Shown piece by piece: positions 39,408 through 48,783 of a stretch of DNA of 64,000 nt. Source of the DNA: Clostridia bacterium (GTDB lineage Bacteria; Bacillota; Clostridia; TANB77; CAG-465); contig JAQUWH010000006.1 of the NCBI GenBank assembly GCA_028692955.1, forward strand, positions 8,273 through 72,272. The letters are read 5' to 3'. Each line of letters opens with the position of its first letter. The first letter of the stretch is position 1. The position numbers and the translations under genes were made by a program. The notes beneath the pieces are model-generated. The model was given only the letters and a program-made list of their open reading frames with translations, was not told the DNA's origin and made no database searches.

Positions 39408-41717
39408 CTATAAAATACCTTTTCTAATAGCCGTTATATTTTGTATAGCACTTTCTTTTAAATCAATATTTCTAACTTGTTTTACTAGTCTCATCACACA
39501 GTCCATCTTGTCCGTAATGATATGATATTGATAACCATAGTCATCTTTTAGATAATAGTTATCTTTTAGACAAGGCATTTTGCAATTGATACCCTCTTTT
39601 CTATCTTCCAACATACTACCTAGTAAGCAGTACCTAGATGTCATCACTGTAATATAGTCTTTGATGATTTCTATATTTACGTATTTTGACATTATTTCAA
39701 TATCACAAGTGGAGATATCATAAGCAGGGGTAATTACATCAAATCCTTGTTTTATTAAGAAAGTAGCTGAATAAACATTCGATACATTTAAGGAATCATC
39801 TGCTACTAATACAAAATTGTATTGTTGTTTCAGTTTTAAAATTATTTCTAAAAAGTCAAAACTACCAAGTAATACCCCAGCAATACTATCCTTGAAAATA
39901 TCATTGATATGCTCTACTATATATTTCTTTTTCTTGTTTAGTATTACATTTGAAAAGAAAAGATATAGTTCTATATTGCTATATTTTTGTTTGATTTCTT
40001 CTCTATACTTGATATAATCTGCAACATCAATATACAATCTTTTGATATCAGGTGTTGTCAGATAATTGACTTTGCTATTATATTCATAAATATAACTAGC
40101 TTCTACCGTATTTGTATTTTTTATCTTCACACAGTCTGAAATACTATTTCTTAACAAAGAATCCAACTTACTTTCTTGTTCTGTCACATCGATATGAACT
40201 TTATAACTATCTGCTATATCAGCTAATACTTTTCTTCTTAACTCATTAAGAATAGAAACAGGAACAAATAATCCATCGTCGATTTCAATAGTATGGTAAA
40301 TAAACTCAAAAGGTACCTCTTGCGTCTTTGAAAAAGCAGCTTCAATATCCATTTTGCTGACTGATTTATTATGGGCAGTTGGTGGTAGATAATCAAGTTC
40401 TGTTGTTATTTTTTTACCATCTACATAGCTTATTGCTATTATATTTTTATCTTTTTGAATGACAATATCTAATGCTACTTTACTTTTTACATTTTCCACG
40501 TTATTGATATACGACATTCTATATTTCTTATTTAAGGTATCGCTTGAAGTTTTGTAAATAGTAGAACCAATTGCAACATTCTTCTTGATGTCACCAATCC
40601 AAATCGTTTCTCCTATATTTTGATTACAATTAATATTTATAAATTGATCATTCTTAATACACGTCACAATATTAGATACCACTGTATTTCCATCATATAT
40701 TTCAAATCCATCATGAATATGCATATCTGCTTCTAATTTTAATTTTACATAAACGCCCTTTTTGTCTATTACTTTACCAAGATAGATTCCTGTATTTTTA
40801 GGGGAAAGTATACTAATACTATTTTTGTATTTTACACCTTCAAAATAACCAGTACTTTCCCCACTTCGGTTAAATAATTGCAGCAATTCTTGTTTTGTAT
40901 TCTTTTCTACTTCTACTTTATCAATCGCTTTTCTATAATTCTTGGTAACACCAGCAACATATTCAGGATTTTTGTTTCTTCCTTCTATTTTTAGAGAAGT
41001 AACGCCAATCTCTTTTAGTTTTTGTACATATTCAATGCCAAAGATATCTTTTTTACTTAATAGATAACTTTGTTTGATAAGTTCTTTTCCACTCTTATTG
41101 TACAAGCTATATTTCATTCGACAAGGCTGCGCACATTTACCTCTATTGGCACTTCTATCCCCAATGGTACTACTAAGTAAACATTGACCTGATACACTCA
41201 CACATAAAGCACCATGTATAAATACCTCAATTTCAATGTCTGTATTCTGACAAATGTATTCAATCTCTGAAAGTGTCAGTTCTCTTGCAAGAACAACTCT
41301 TTGAAACCCAATACTTGCTAAATAGTTGACTTGTTCTAAAGAATAAACACTCATCTGCGTACTAGCATGTAATGGTAAGTTAGGTAGCAACTGATGAATT
41401 AGCATAGCAAGTCCTATATCTTGTATAATAACAGCATCTAAGCCTCTAGCATATAACGCAAGTACAATTTCTAATGCCTCTTTGATCTCATCATCATACA
41501 TCAAAGTATTTAGCGTAAGATGTACTTTCACATGGCGAAGATGAGCATATTCAATACACTCTATATATTCTTCCATTGTAAAATTGGCTGCCATTGTTCT
41601 TGCATTAAATTTACTAACACCCATATATACGGCATCAGCACCATTTTGACATGCCGCTTTAAAGCTATCCATGCTTCCTGCTGGTGCTAGTAATTCAATT
41701 TGATTATTATTTTTCAT
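39408..41717 (-). CDS. Peptidase U32 family protein (long form with C-terminal extension)
   Basis: 769 aa. The N-terminal ELLAPAGS...GADAVY and the E.F.HGALC.S.SGQC / CAQPCR cysteine blocks are typical of the U32 family. Confidence 0.85.
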   Translation of the reverse strand: MKNNNQIELLAPAGSMDSFKAACQNGADAVYMGVSKFNARTMAANFTMEEYIECIEYAHLRHVKVHLTLNTLMYDDEIKEALEIVLALYARGLDAVIIQDIGLAMLIHQLLPNLPLHASTQMSVYSLEQVNYLASIGFQRVVLARELTLSEIEYICQNTDIEIEVFIHGALCVSVSGQCLLSSTIGDRSANRGKCAQPCRMKYSLYNKSGKELIKQSYLLSKKDIFGIEYVQKLKEIGVTSLKIEGRNKNPEYVAGVTKNYRKAIDKVEVEKNTKQELLQLFNRSGESTGYFEGVKYKNSISILSPKNTGIYLGKVIDKKGVYVKLKLEADMHIHDGFEIYDGNTVVSNIVTCIKNDQFININCNQNIGETIWIGDIKKNVAIGSTIYKTSSDTLNKKYRMSYINNVENVKSKVALDIVIQKDKNIIAISYVDGKKITTELDYLPPTAHNKSVSKMDIEAAFSKTQEVPFEFIYHTIEIDDGLFVPVSILNELRRKVLADIADSYKVHIDVTEQESKLDSLLRNSISDCVKIKNTNTVEASYIYEYNSKVNYLTTPDIKRLYIDVADYIKYREEIKQKYSNIELYLFFSNVILNKKKKYIVEHINDIFKDSIAGVLLGSFDFLEIILKLKQQYNFVLVADDSLNVSNVYSATFLIKQGFDVITPAYDISTCDIEIMSKYVNIEIIKDYITVMTSRYCLLGSMLEDRKEGINCKMPCLKDNYYLKDDYGYQYHIITDKMDCVMRLVKQVRNIDLKESAIQNITAIRKGIL

Positions 41718-41725
41718 TTTTACTC

Positions 41726-42460
41726 CTACTTTTTAGAACTGTTTTTTTGCCTTACAATCTCATAAATAGAGATAGCAGTACTAACAGACGCATTCAGTGA
41801 ATTGATTTTTCCTGTCATTGGAATATTTACCATCACATCACAGTTTTCCTTGACAAGTCTAGTGATTCCCTCACCTTCATTGCCAACTACGATACCAATT
41901 GCTCCGTCAAATTTTGTATCATAAATAGTACTTTCACCATCCATATCAAGTCCATAAATCCAAAGCCCTGCCTCTTTTAATTTCTTAATACTCTCTGTTA
42001 TATTAGTTACTCGTGCTACTTTCACAAATGAAGTGGCACCAGCAGCAACCTTTTCTACCGTATCAGTAATTTGACAAGCGTTTCTTTTTTGGATAATAAT
42101 ACCATGTACACCCATACATTCTGCACTACGTATAATTGCACCAAGATTATGTGGATCTTCTATTTTATCAAGTATGACAACAAGAGGAGCTTCTCCCTTT
42201 TCTTTGGCGTAGTTTAAGATATCTTCGATTGTAAAATACTCATAATCTGTAACACTAGCAACAATTCCTTGTGAGTTTTTAAAGTCAATCATTTTATCTA
42301 GTTTTGGTTTATCTGCCTCTACCACAACGATTCGTTTATCTTTTGCCATTTTTATAATGTCATAGACATCCTTTGTTCCCTTTGCTACATAGATTTTATT
42401 AATTGTTTTCCCAGAAGCAATTACTTCTGTTACTGGATTTTTTCCATAAATTAATCCCAT
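41726..42460 (-). CDS. rlmB: TrmH/SpoU family 23S rRNA 2'-O-methyltransferase (RlmB-like)
   Basis: 244 aa. SpoU motifs DPHNLGAIIRSA, VVGNEGEGI and SLNASVS. Confidence 0.85.
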   Translation of the reverse strand: MGLIYGKNPVTEVIASGKTINKIYVAKGTKDVYDIIKMAKDKRIVVVEADKPKLDKMIDFKNSQGIVASVTDYEYFTIEDILNYAKEKGEAPLVVILDKIEDPHNLGAIIRSAECMGVHGIIIQKRNACQITDTVEKVAAGATSFVKVARVTNITESIKKLKEAGLWIYGLDMDGESTIYDTKFDGAIGIVVGNEGEGITRLVKENCDVMVNIPMTGKINSLNASVSTAISIYEIVRQKNSSKK

Positions 42461-42472
42461 ATTCTCTCCTTA

Positions 42473-44278
42473 CTATTCATCTAATTTTAATACGCTCATG
42501 AAAGCATCTTGTGGTAATTCAACACTACCAATTTGCCTCATTTTCTTTTTACCTTCTTTTTGTTTTTCAAGAAGTTTTTTCTTTCTTGTAATATCTCCAC
42601 CATAACATTTGGCAAGTACATCTTTTCTCATTGCTTTTACGGTTTCTCTTGCTACTACTTTACCACCGATTGATGCTTGAATTGGCACTTCAAATAACTG
42701 CCTTGGAATAATGTCTTTCAATTTTTCAGCCATTTTCCTTCCCCTTGCTTCTGCTTTTTCTCTATTGACAATAAAAGATAACGCATCAACCACCTCGTTA
42801 TTTAGTAGAATATCTAGTTTAACAAGATGCGATTTTTGATATCTGTCTATTTCATAATCAAAAGAAGCATAGCCCTTTGTTCTAGATTTTAGACTATTAA
42901 AGAAATCATAGATAATCTCATTTAATGGAATGTAATAATCTAGTGAAACCCTAGACGCATCAATATACCTCATGTTGATATATTCGCCTCTTCTTTGCTG
43001 GCATAATTCCATTATATTACCTACATATTCCTTTGGTGTAATAATCTCTGTTTTAGTAATTGGTTCTTCCATATACTCTATTTCATTTAGTGTAGGTAAA
43101 TCAGAGGGATTGTATAATTCAATAACTTCACCATCTTTTTTATGTACTTTATATATAACAGAAGGTGCTGTTGTAATAATATTTAAATCATATTCTCTTT
43201 CTAAACGCTCTTCAATAATTTCCATATGAAGTAATCCAAGAAAACCACATCTAAATCCATGACCAAGAGCACTAGAAGATTCAAGTTCAAATTGTAAAGA
43301 GGCATCGTTTAGTTTTAATTTTTCTAATGCTTCTTTTAACTCTTCATAGTCACTTCCATCTGCTGGAAAGATACCAGAATACACCATTGATTTTACTTCT
43401 TTGTAACCATGTAAAGGTGTATCTACTGGATTTTCTTTTAACGTGATAGTATCTCCTACTTTAATATCTGATAAGTTCTTAATACTAGCAGCTACATAAC
43501 CAACTTCACCTGCTACAAGTTCATCTGCTTTAGTATAACCGCCTGGCTTAAAATGACCAACTGATACTACTTCATATTCTTTATGGTTTGCCATCATCAA
43601 AATTGTATCACCTTTTTTAAGTTTACCATCCATAATCCTAACAAAGGCAAGTGCCCCCTCATAATTATCATAAATAGAATCAAACACAAGTGCTGAAAGT
43701 GGTTTTGCACTATCACCACTTGGAGCAGGCACTTTCTTTACGATTTGTTCTAACACATCCTCTACATTTAAACCAGTTTTAGCAGAAATACAAGGGGCGT
43801 CACTTGCATCAATTCCAATGATATCTTCTATTTCTTTTTTAATCTCTTCCGGTCTTGCACTTGGTAAATCTATTTTGTTAATGACTGGTAATATTTCAAG
43901 GTTGTTATCTAGAGCAAGGTATACATTAGCAAGTGTTTGTGCCTCTACTCCTTGTGCTGCATCTACAACAAGAATAGCTCCTTCGCAAGCAGCAAGAGAA
44001 CGTGATACTTCATAATTAAAGTCCACATGTCCTGGTGTGTCAATTAAGTTTAAGATATACGTATTACCATTTTTTGCTATATAAGTCATTCTAACTGATT
44101 GAGATTTAATCGTAATACCTCTTTCTCGCTCAATATCCATATTATCTAGTAGTTGTTCCTGCATTTTTCGCTCATCAAAACTACCCGTCATTTGTATTAA
44201 TCTATCTGCTAGCGTCGATTTTCCATGATCGATATGCGCTATAATACTAAAATTCCTTATATTTTCTTGTTTATTCAT
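42473..44278 (-). CDS. lepA: Elongation factor 4 (LepA)
   Basis: 601 aa. [23 protein letters not shown] and the LepA-specific C-terminal domain. Confidence 0.97.
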   Translation of the reverse strand: MNKQENIRNFSIIAHIDHGKSTLADRLIQMTGSFDERKMQEQLLDNMDIERERGITIKSQSVRMTYIAKNGNTYILNLIDTPGHVDFNYEVSRSLAACEGAILVVDAAQGVEAQTLANVYLALDNNLEILPVINKIDLPSARPEEIKKEIEDIIGIDASDAPCISAKTGLNVEDVLEQIVKKVPAPSGDSAKPLSALVFDSIYDNYEGALAFVRIMDGKLKKGDTILMMANHKEYEVVSVGHFKPGGYTKADELVAGEVGYVAASIKNLSDIKVGDTITLKENPVDTPLHGYKEVKSMVYSGIFPADGSDYEELKEALEKLKLNDASLQFELESSSALGHGFRCGFLGLLHMEIIEERLEREYDLNIITTAPSVIYKVHKKDGEVIELYNPSDLPTLNEIEYMEEPITKTEIITPKEYVGNIMELCQQRRGEYINMRYIDASRVSLDYYIPLNEIIYDFFNSLKSRTKGYASFDYEIDRYQKSHLVKLDILLNNEVVDALSFIVNREKAEARGRKMAEKLKDIIPRQLFEVPIQASIGGKVVARETVKAMRKDVLAKCYGGDITRKKKLLEKQKEGKKKMRQIGSVELPQDAFMSVLKLDE

Positions 44279-44631
44279 ATATTACCTTTCATTTTTACTG
44301 TTCTATTATTTGATTGTCAGTTATAAATTTTCTAAATATTCAGCAATATTATACTATATTACGCCTAAAAAATATATAGTAAATCACATTTTTTCAATTA
44401 AATGTTATGGTTTTAGTTTCTATTCACTTACTTAGATGCGCTATTTTTCTTGTTTATATTCTAATTTTACGCCTAAAATAAAGAAAAATAAATTCTTTTT
44501 AAATTAACTAGTCAAAAGTATAAGAAAGCATTTTGAAACATATAAAAACAAGTTGGAGAAAAAATTTGATAAATTAGAAAATAACGAACTTACGCAATAT
44601 GATCATTATTACGAGTGTTTAATCATTTATA

Positions 44632-45456
44632 TTAAATCTTTTTAGCATGCAAAACGACTCTATAGTTGTTATTATCAGCACAAGTAGATAATGTCAAAAT
44701 ACTATCTTGACTTGTTATCTCAACTTTAAAATTTTTAATACTTCTTGATTTTATAGTATTTATAAATTCACTAAATTTGTTACCATAAAATCTTGTTTGT
44801 AAATAATAATCTTCTTTTTCGATTTGATATACTGAAAACACTTCATAAATTGCATTTTGAGTTTCTGTTATAAAAGTAATATACTTATTTTCTTCATTAT
44901 CATACCAATCTTTGTTTATAACATTTTTTAAACTTCCAAACATGTTATTATCTCTCATATTATGACCATGTATCACAATATTTTTATCAGTTCCATCAAA
45001 CTTATTTCTATAATCTGCAAATATCCAACCCGCTCTATTAAATTTTTTTTCAAAATTATGTGTTAAATAATAACTATTATTGTTTGTTTTTACAACAGGG
45101 TATTCTATTTTTGTATTGTTAACTTTTATCCAAGCTACTGTTTCATTGTTTATTTCTTTTAACTTTGAAAAATCAACTTCGTATTTTTTTTGGCCATCTT
45201 CTTTTTTATTGGAATTAACCTCTTTGTCAACAACAGTTACAGTTTGTTCAATATTATTTAATATCTTATTATTAGCATTGCTATCAATAAAATATTTTAT
45301 TATTACAATTCCGGTAATTATTAAAATTATTAAAAATAATATTTGTATAATAGATATTATTTTGCTTCTAAGATTATTATTTAATTTAGTATTTATTTTT
45401 TTATCTAATGAATTATTTGTAATTTTGTTCTTTTTTTCAAAACCATACTTTCCCAA
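44632..45456 (-). CDS. srtB: Class B sortase
   Basis: 274 aa with an N-terminal TM helix. VAWIKVNNTKIEYPVV, catalytic His (IHGHNM), TLSTC Cys motif and a C-terminal Arg. TTG start 8 nt after AAGGAGG. Confidence 0.85.
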   Translation of the reverse strand: MGKYGFEKKNKITNNSLDKKINTKLNNNLRSKIISIIQILFLIILIITGIVIIKYFIDSNANNKILNNIEQTVTVVDKEVNSNKKEDGQKKYEVDFSKLKEINNETVAWIKVNNTKIEYPVVKTNNNSYYLTHNFEKKFNRAGWIFADYRNKFDGTDKNIVIHGHNMRDNNMFGSLKNVINKDWYDNEENKYITFITETQNAIYEVFSVYQIEKEDYYLQTRFYGNKFSEFINTIKSRSIKNFKVEITSQDSILTLSTCADNNNYRVVLHAKKI

Positions 45457-45526
45457 AACTAACTGCCTCCTTATACAATAATAAGACTAGCAACATTTTA
45501 ATTACTAGTCCTATTTTTATTTAGTA

Positions 45527-45703
45527 TTAATTATTTTCTTCCTTCTTCATTTTTAACATTATTACTATTCCTGCTAGAGCTATAACAAACATCATTGTAA
45601 CAAATACAATGTTATCTCCTGTTTCTACTATATTGGAATTTAACTTATCTTCATTTTTAATTTCTTTAAGATTATTAATTGCTTCTTCTATTTGTATTAT
45701 CAT
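45527..45703 (-). other. Out-of-frame cell-wall sorting signal (58-codon frame: IVETG motif + hydrophobic helix + basic tail)
   Basis: Hand translation gives MIIQIEEAINNLKEIKNEDKLNSNIVETGDNIVFVTMMFVIALAGIVIMLKMKKEENN. This has tripartite LPXTG-type architecture. The frame is offset +1 from the upstream 196-aa ORF and overlaps it by 29 nt. Confidence 0.6.
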
Positions 45704-46265
45704 CAATTATAAAAGTTGCTGTATATGTATTTTCTTTTTTTATTATCTTAGTTCCAGCTTTCAAAGTAGCATTAGTTCCTTTTATTATAAATTGTTCTGC
45801 TGTTGGAAGCCCTTCTAATCTATTAAAGGTATTAGTGATAGTTGCCGTAACTACTACTTCTTCTTTTTCGAATTCTCCATTTTTCGCTTCTGTTTTAACG
45901 GTAATAATAGGTTTTACTTTGGTAATATTCACATTTGTTTTAACATTTAATAATACTGTTGATATTTCATACCATCCTGAATCTTCTCCTGTTAAAACTA
46001 TATCTACTAATTTAATTATATTATAATTTCCTACGTCTGCTGAATCTAATATTCCAGTTGCCACAGCAGAGACATCATCTCCTTCAAATACATCTTTAAA
46101 TATTACGTCTGTAACATCAACTGTATTTGTTCCGTTATATTCTCTACTTGTTGCAGTAGCAATATTTTCTGTACCTACTGCCATAACTAAACTTGGCATT
46201 TGTATCATACCTAATATTAGTAGGACTCCTAATATTAATAACGTTTTTTTTGCTTTTTGCATCAT
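45675..46265 (-). CDS. Secreted surface-protein passenger domain (MBG/YDG-like repeat), lacking an in-frame anchor
   Basis: 196 aa with a signal peptide (KKTLLILGVLLILGMIQMPSLVMA). EYNGTNTVDV...GDDVSAVATG...ADVGNY resembles MBG-type adhesin domains. It ends just before the CWSS frame. Confidence 0.6.
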   Translation of the reverse strand: MMQKAKKTLLILGVLLILGMIQMPSLVMAVGTENIATATSREYNGTNTVDVTDVIFKDVFEGDDVSAVATGILDSADVGNYNIIKLVDIVLTGEDSGWYEISTVLLNVKTNVNITKVKPIITVKTEAKNGEFEKEEVVVTATITNTFNRLEGLPTAEQFIIKGTNATLKAGTKIIKKENTYTATFIIDDNTNRRSN

Positions 46266-46396
46266 TTTATTCCTTCTTTCTTTATTCTTAACTTTTTTAT
46301 TTAATAAAAACTTTATGCATTATATCACAATTTTATGTAAAATTCAAGTTTTTTTATATTTTAAACGCAAAAAAAATACTATGTATTGCAAAACAC

Positions 46397-47297
46397 ATTC
46401 ATGATTACAGAACTCAAAAGATTCAGCATATCTACATTAATGGGGTTACTTCTTTTCTTTTCCTTAAAAAACGCAGATATATTTGTACTCACTGTGGTAA
46501 AAAAATTTATGAACACTATGACTTCCTTCAAAAATTCTTTAGAAAGTCTAACTCTGTTTTATCTCCTTTTGCCATGATCTTTCTAAGCTTAAAAATTTTA
46601 AAACAATTGCTTCTGATAACCATATCTCTATTCCTACTGTTGTCAGATACATGCACTATTCTATCTTGCTTAACAACAAATTTAACGTTACTCTTCCTCA
46701 CTCTATTGGTATTGATGAGTTTAAGGGTAACTGTGAACATACTAAATACCAATTCCATATCTTTAATTTAGTATTAGTAAAACTATCGATATCTTAAAAT
46801 CTAGAACTTTTGATTTCCTCGAACAATATTTTTCTTCCTTTTCTCTTTAGCAACGACTCAACGTTAAATCCGTCTCTATGGATTTATACTCCTCTTTTAA
46901 AAATATTGTGAAACAAAAATTCCTTTCTACTTCCATTGTAGCTGATTCTTTTCACTTTACTAGGATCGCAATTATACCGCTTGATTAGTTAAGACTCAAC
47001 CTTTGGAGAAATGCTCAAGGTAAGGAAAAACTATACTTCAAAAACATTAAAGAGAATATCTTTTGGTTTTAGAAATTTAAACAATTTTAGAAGTCGTATC
47101 TTAATGTCTGAACTTTAAACTAGAATACATTTATTCTCTCATTTAAGCTAAATCTCATTTAGCTCTTTTGTCATGCCTAAAAATAATGATTTTAAAGTAT
47201 TTTAGGCATAGTAAAGGAGATGACTTCAATATCATCTCCTTTACTACTCGCTCCTATCATTTTTTAGAATTTACACCCAAACTATTGACAAAGAGCC
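46397..47297 (+). mobile_element. Degraded ISL3-family insertion sequence (5'-truncated; transposase broken by frameshifts, stops and an internal deletion)
   Basis: Frame-hopping translation gives HDYRTQKIQHI, RRYICTHCGKK, SIPTVVRY, SIGIDEFKGN..KYQ, VADSFHFTR and RISFGFRNLNNFRSRIL, which are ISL3 transposase blocks. The right IR AACTATTGACAAAGAGCC ends at 47297. No left IR was found. Confidence 0.75.
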
Positions 47298-47474
47298 ATC
47301 TTTACTGTTACAAATTAACACAATTATGCCCTCTTATGTTACATTTATTATGACACTGGGGATAAATTTTATTTTTTATACTGAATAGTAACTGGTTTTA
47401 TCACATTTTTGGAACAAAGCTCTTTGTTATTCCCCCAATTTATCTGATTTCACTTTAAATTTTTTATACCTTTG

Positions 47475-47924
47475 TTATTCTAGTAATTTATTTAATTCAT
47501 CTTTAAATTCACTAATATCTTTAAACTGTCTATAGACAGAAGCAAATCTAACATAAGCAATTTCGTCAATTTCTTTTAGTTTTTGTATCACCAGATCACC
47601 TATTTTGCTAGCATAAATTTCCTTATCCAATGAATTATTAAGTTCCATTTCAATTTCATTGGTTGCTTTTTCAATTTGTTCTAAAGAAACAGGTCTCTTT
47701 TCGCACGCTCTAAGCATCCCATTAATGATTTTATCACGATTAAATTGTTGCCTTACTCCATTTTTCTTTATAATAATAATGGGTGTATATTCAATTTTTT
47801 CGTAAGTAGTAAAACGATTCTTGCATTTTAAACATTCACGTCTTCTACGAATCGAGTTTCCCTCTTCTATTGATCTGGAATCAATTACCTTACTTTCTTC
47901 ATAACCACATTTTATACAATGCAT
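47475..47924 (-). CDS. nrdR: Transcriptional repressor NrdR
   Basis: 149 aa. Zn-ribbon MHCIKCG...[12 protein letters not shown] plus an ATP-cone. Confidence 0.95.
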   Translation of the reverse strand: MHCIKCGYEESKVIDSRSIEEGNSIRRRRECLKCKNRFTTYEKIEYTPIIIIKKNGVRQQFNRDKIINGMLRACEKRPVSLEQIEKATNEIEMELNNSLDKEIYASKIGDLVIQKLKEIDEIAYVRFASVYRQFKDISEFKDELNKLLE

Positions 47925-47936
47925 CGCATACCTCTC

Positions 47937-48458
47937 TTAAAATTCATGTAATATAACATTACCACTTTCCATACTCTCCTTGCATTTAATTGATCTTTGA
48001 TTAGAACTTCCTCTAAATAGTAAATGTTCATTCATTAGTTCTTCTTCAAATTTACCATCAATTAATATATCCGTTTGATTTAGTAATTCTTGGTATCCAT
48101 TTTCTTCATTTGCATCTTTTAACAAATCTTCAAACAAATAACCAGTATATACAATGGTTGAAAGTTTTTCTCTATTAATTTGAGATAATAATTTAGCAAC
48201 TTGTTTTGCTTGTATGAATGGTTCTCCGCCACTAATAGTAACTCCCTTTAATAGAGGATTTTTCTTAATATCTTCTACTATGTCCGATATGTTTGTAATA
48301 TTACCACCATTGTAGCTATGTGTTTGTGGATTATGGCATCCTTTACAATGATGAGGACAACCTTGTGTAAAGACAACATATCTAAATCCAGGGCCATCCA
48401 CTGTAGATTCTTTTACAATTCCAGAGATTCTTAAGGTATTATCCTCTTTGTTTTCCAT
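47937..48458 (-). CDS. nrdG: Anaerobic ribonucleoside-triphosphate reductase activating protein
   Basis: Start at MENKEDN after TAGGAGG. Radical-SAM cluster motif GCPHHCKGCHN and the GGEP motif. Confidence 0.9.
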   Translation of the reverse strand: MENKEDNTLRISGIVKESTVDGPGFRYVVFTQGCPHHCKGCHNPQTHSYNGGNITNISDIVEDIKKNPLLKGVTISGGEPFIQAKQVAKLLSQINREKLSTIVYTGYLFEDLLKDANEENGYQELLNQTDILIDGKFEEELMNEHLLFRGSSNQRSIKCKESMESGNVILHEF

Positions 48459-48472
48459 CTCAGTGCCTCCTA

Positions 48473-48760
48473 TTAACATGCACAATCTGATAATTTTTCA
48501 ACATTATGTTTTACTCTATCGTGCTCTTCTGCTCTCTTTCCGTTATTAAATCTATCAACAGTACCTACTAGATATCCTGTAATTCTTCTTATTCTTTCAA
48601 AAGGAACAGACTCAAATTTGTAATTCATATCTACAAATTCTCCATCGATCGTAATATCTAAAGTACTTAATAACTTTCCAGGATTATTGTCTTGTATATG
48701 TTTTACATAAGCATTGATTTCCTCTTGAGACATTTCTCCACCGATTACATTAATTTTCAT
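48473..48760 (-). CDS. 95-aa stand-alone glycyl-radical-motif protein (paralogue of the NrdD C-terminus)
   Basis: C-terminal FERIRRITGYLVGTVDRFNNGKRAEEHDRVKHNV is 33/34 identical to NrdD residues just before its C-terminus. The N-terminal ~55 aa are unrelated to NrdD. The ORF fills the nrdD-nrdG gap, with GGGGGAA upstream of ATG. Confidence 0.7.
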   Translation of the reverse strand: MKINVIGGEMSQEEINAYVKHIQDNNPGKLLSTLDITIDGEFVDMNYKFESVPFERIRRITGYLVGTVDRFNNGKRAEEHDRVKHNVEKLSDCAC

Positions 48761-48783
48761 ATATTGATTCCCCCTATTATCTA

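Noticed and set aside
44359-44478. 12-nt direct repeat TTACGCCTAAAA (44359-44370 and 44467-44478) in the srtB-lepA intergenic region, plus a short remnant-like ORF near 44560-44630
   Set aside because: The repeat has a GC-containing core but there are only two short copies. I cannot link it to any mobile-element end or regulator, so it is noted only.
47413-47428. Palindrome AACAAAGCTCTTTGTT downstream of nrdR, resembling abutted ISL3 IR tips
   Set aside because: The resemblance rests on about 7 nt per arm. It could equally be a weak hairpin, which is not enough for an excision-footprint claim.
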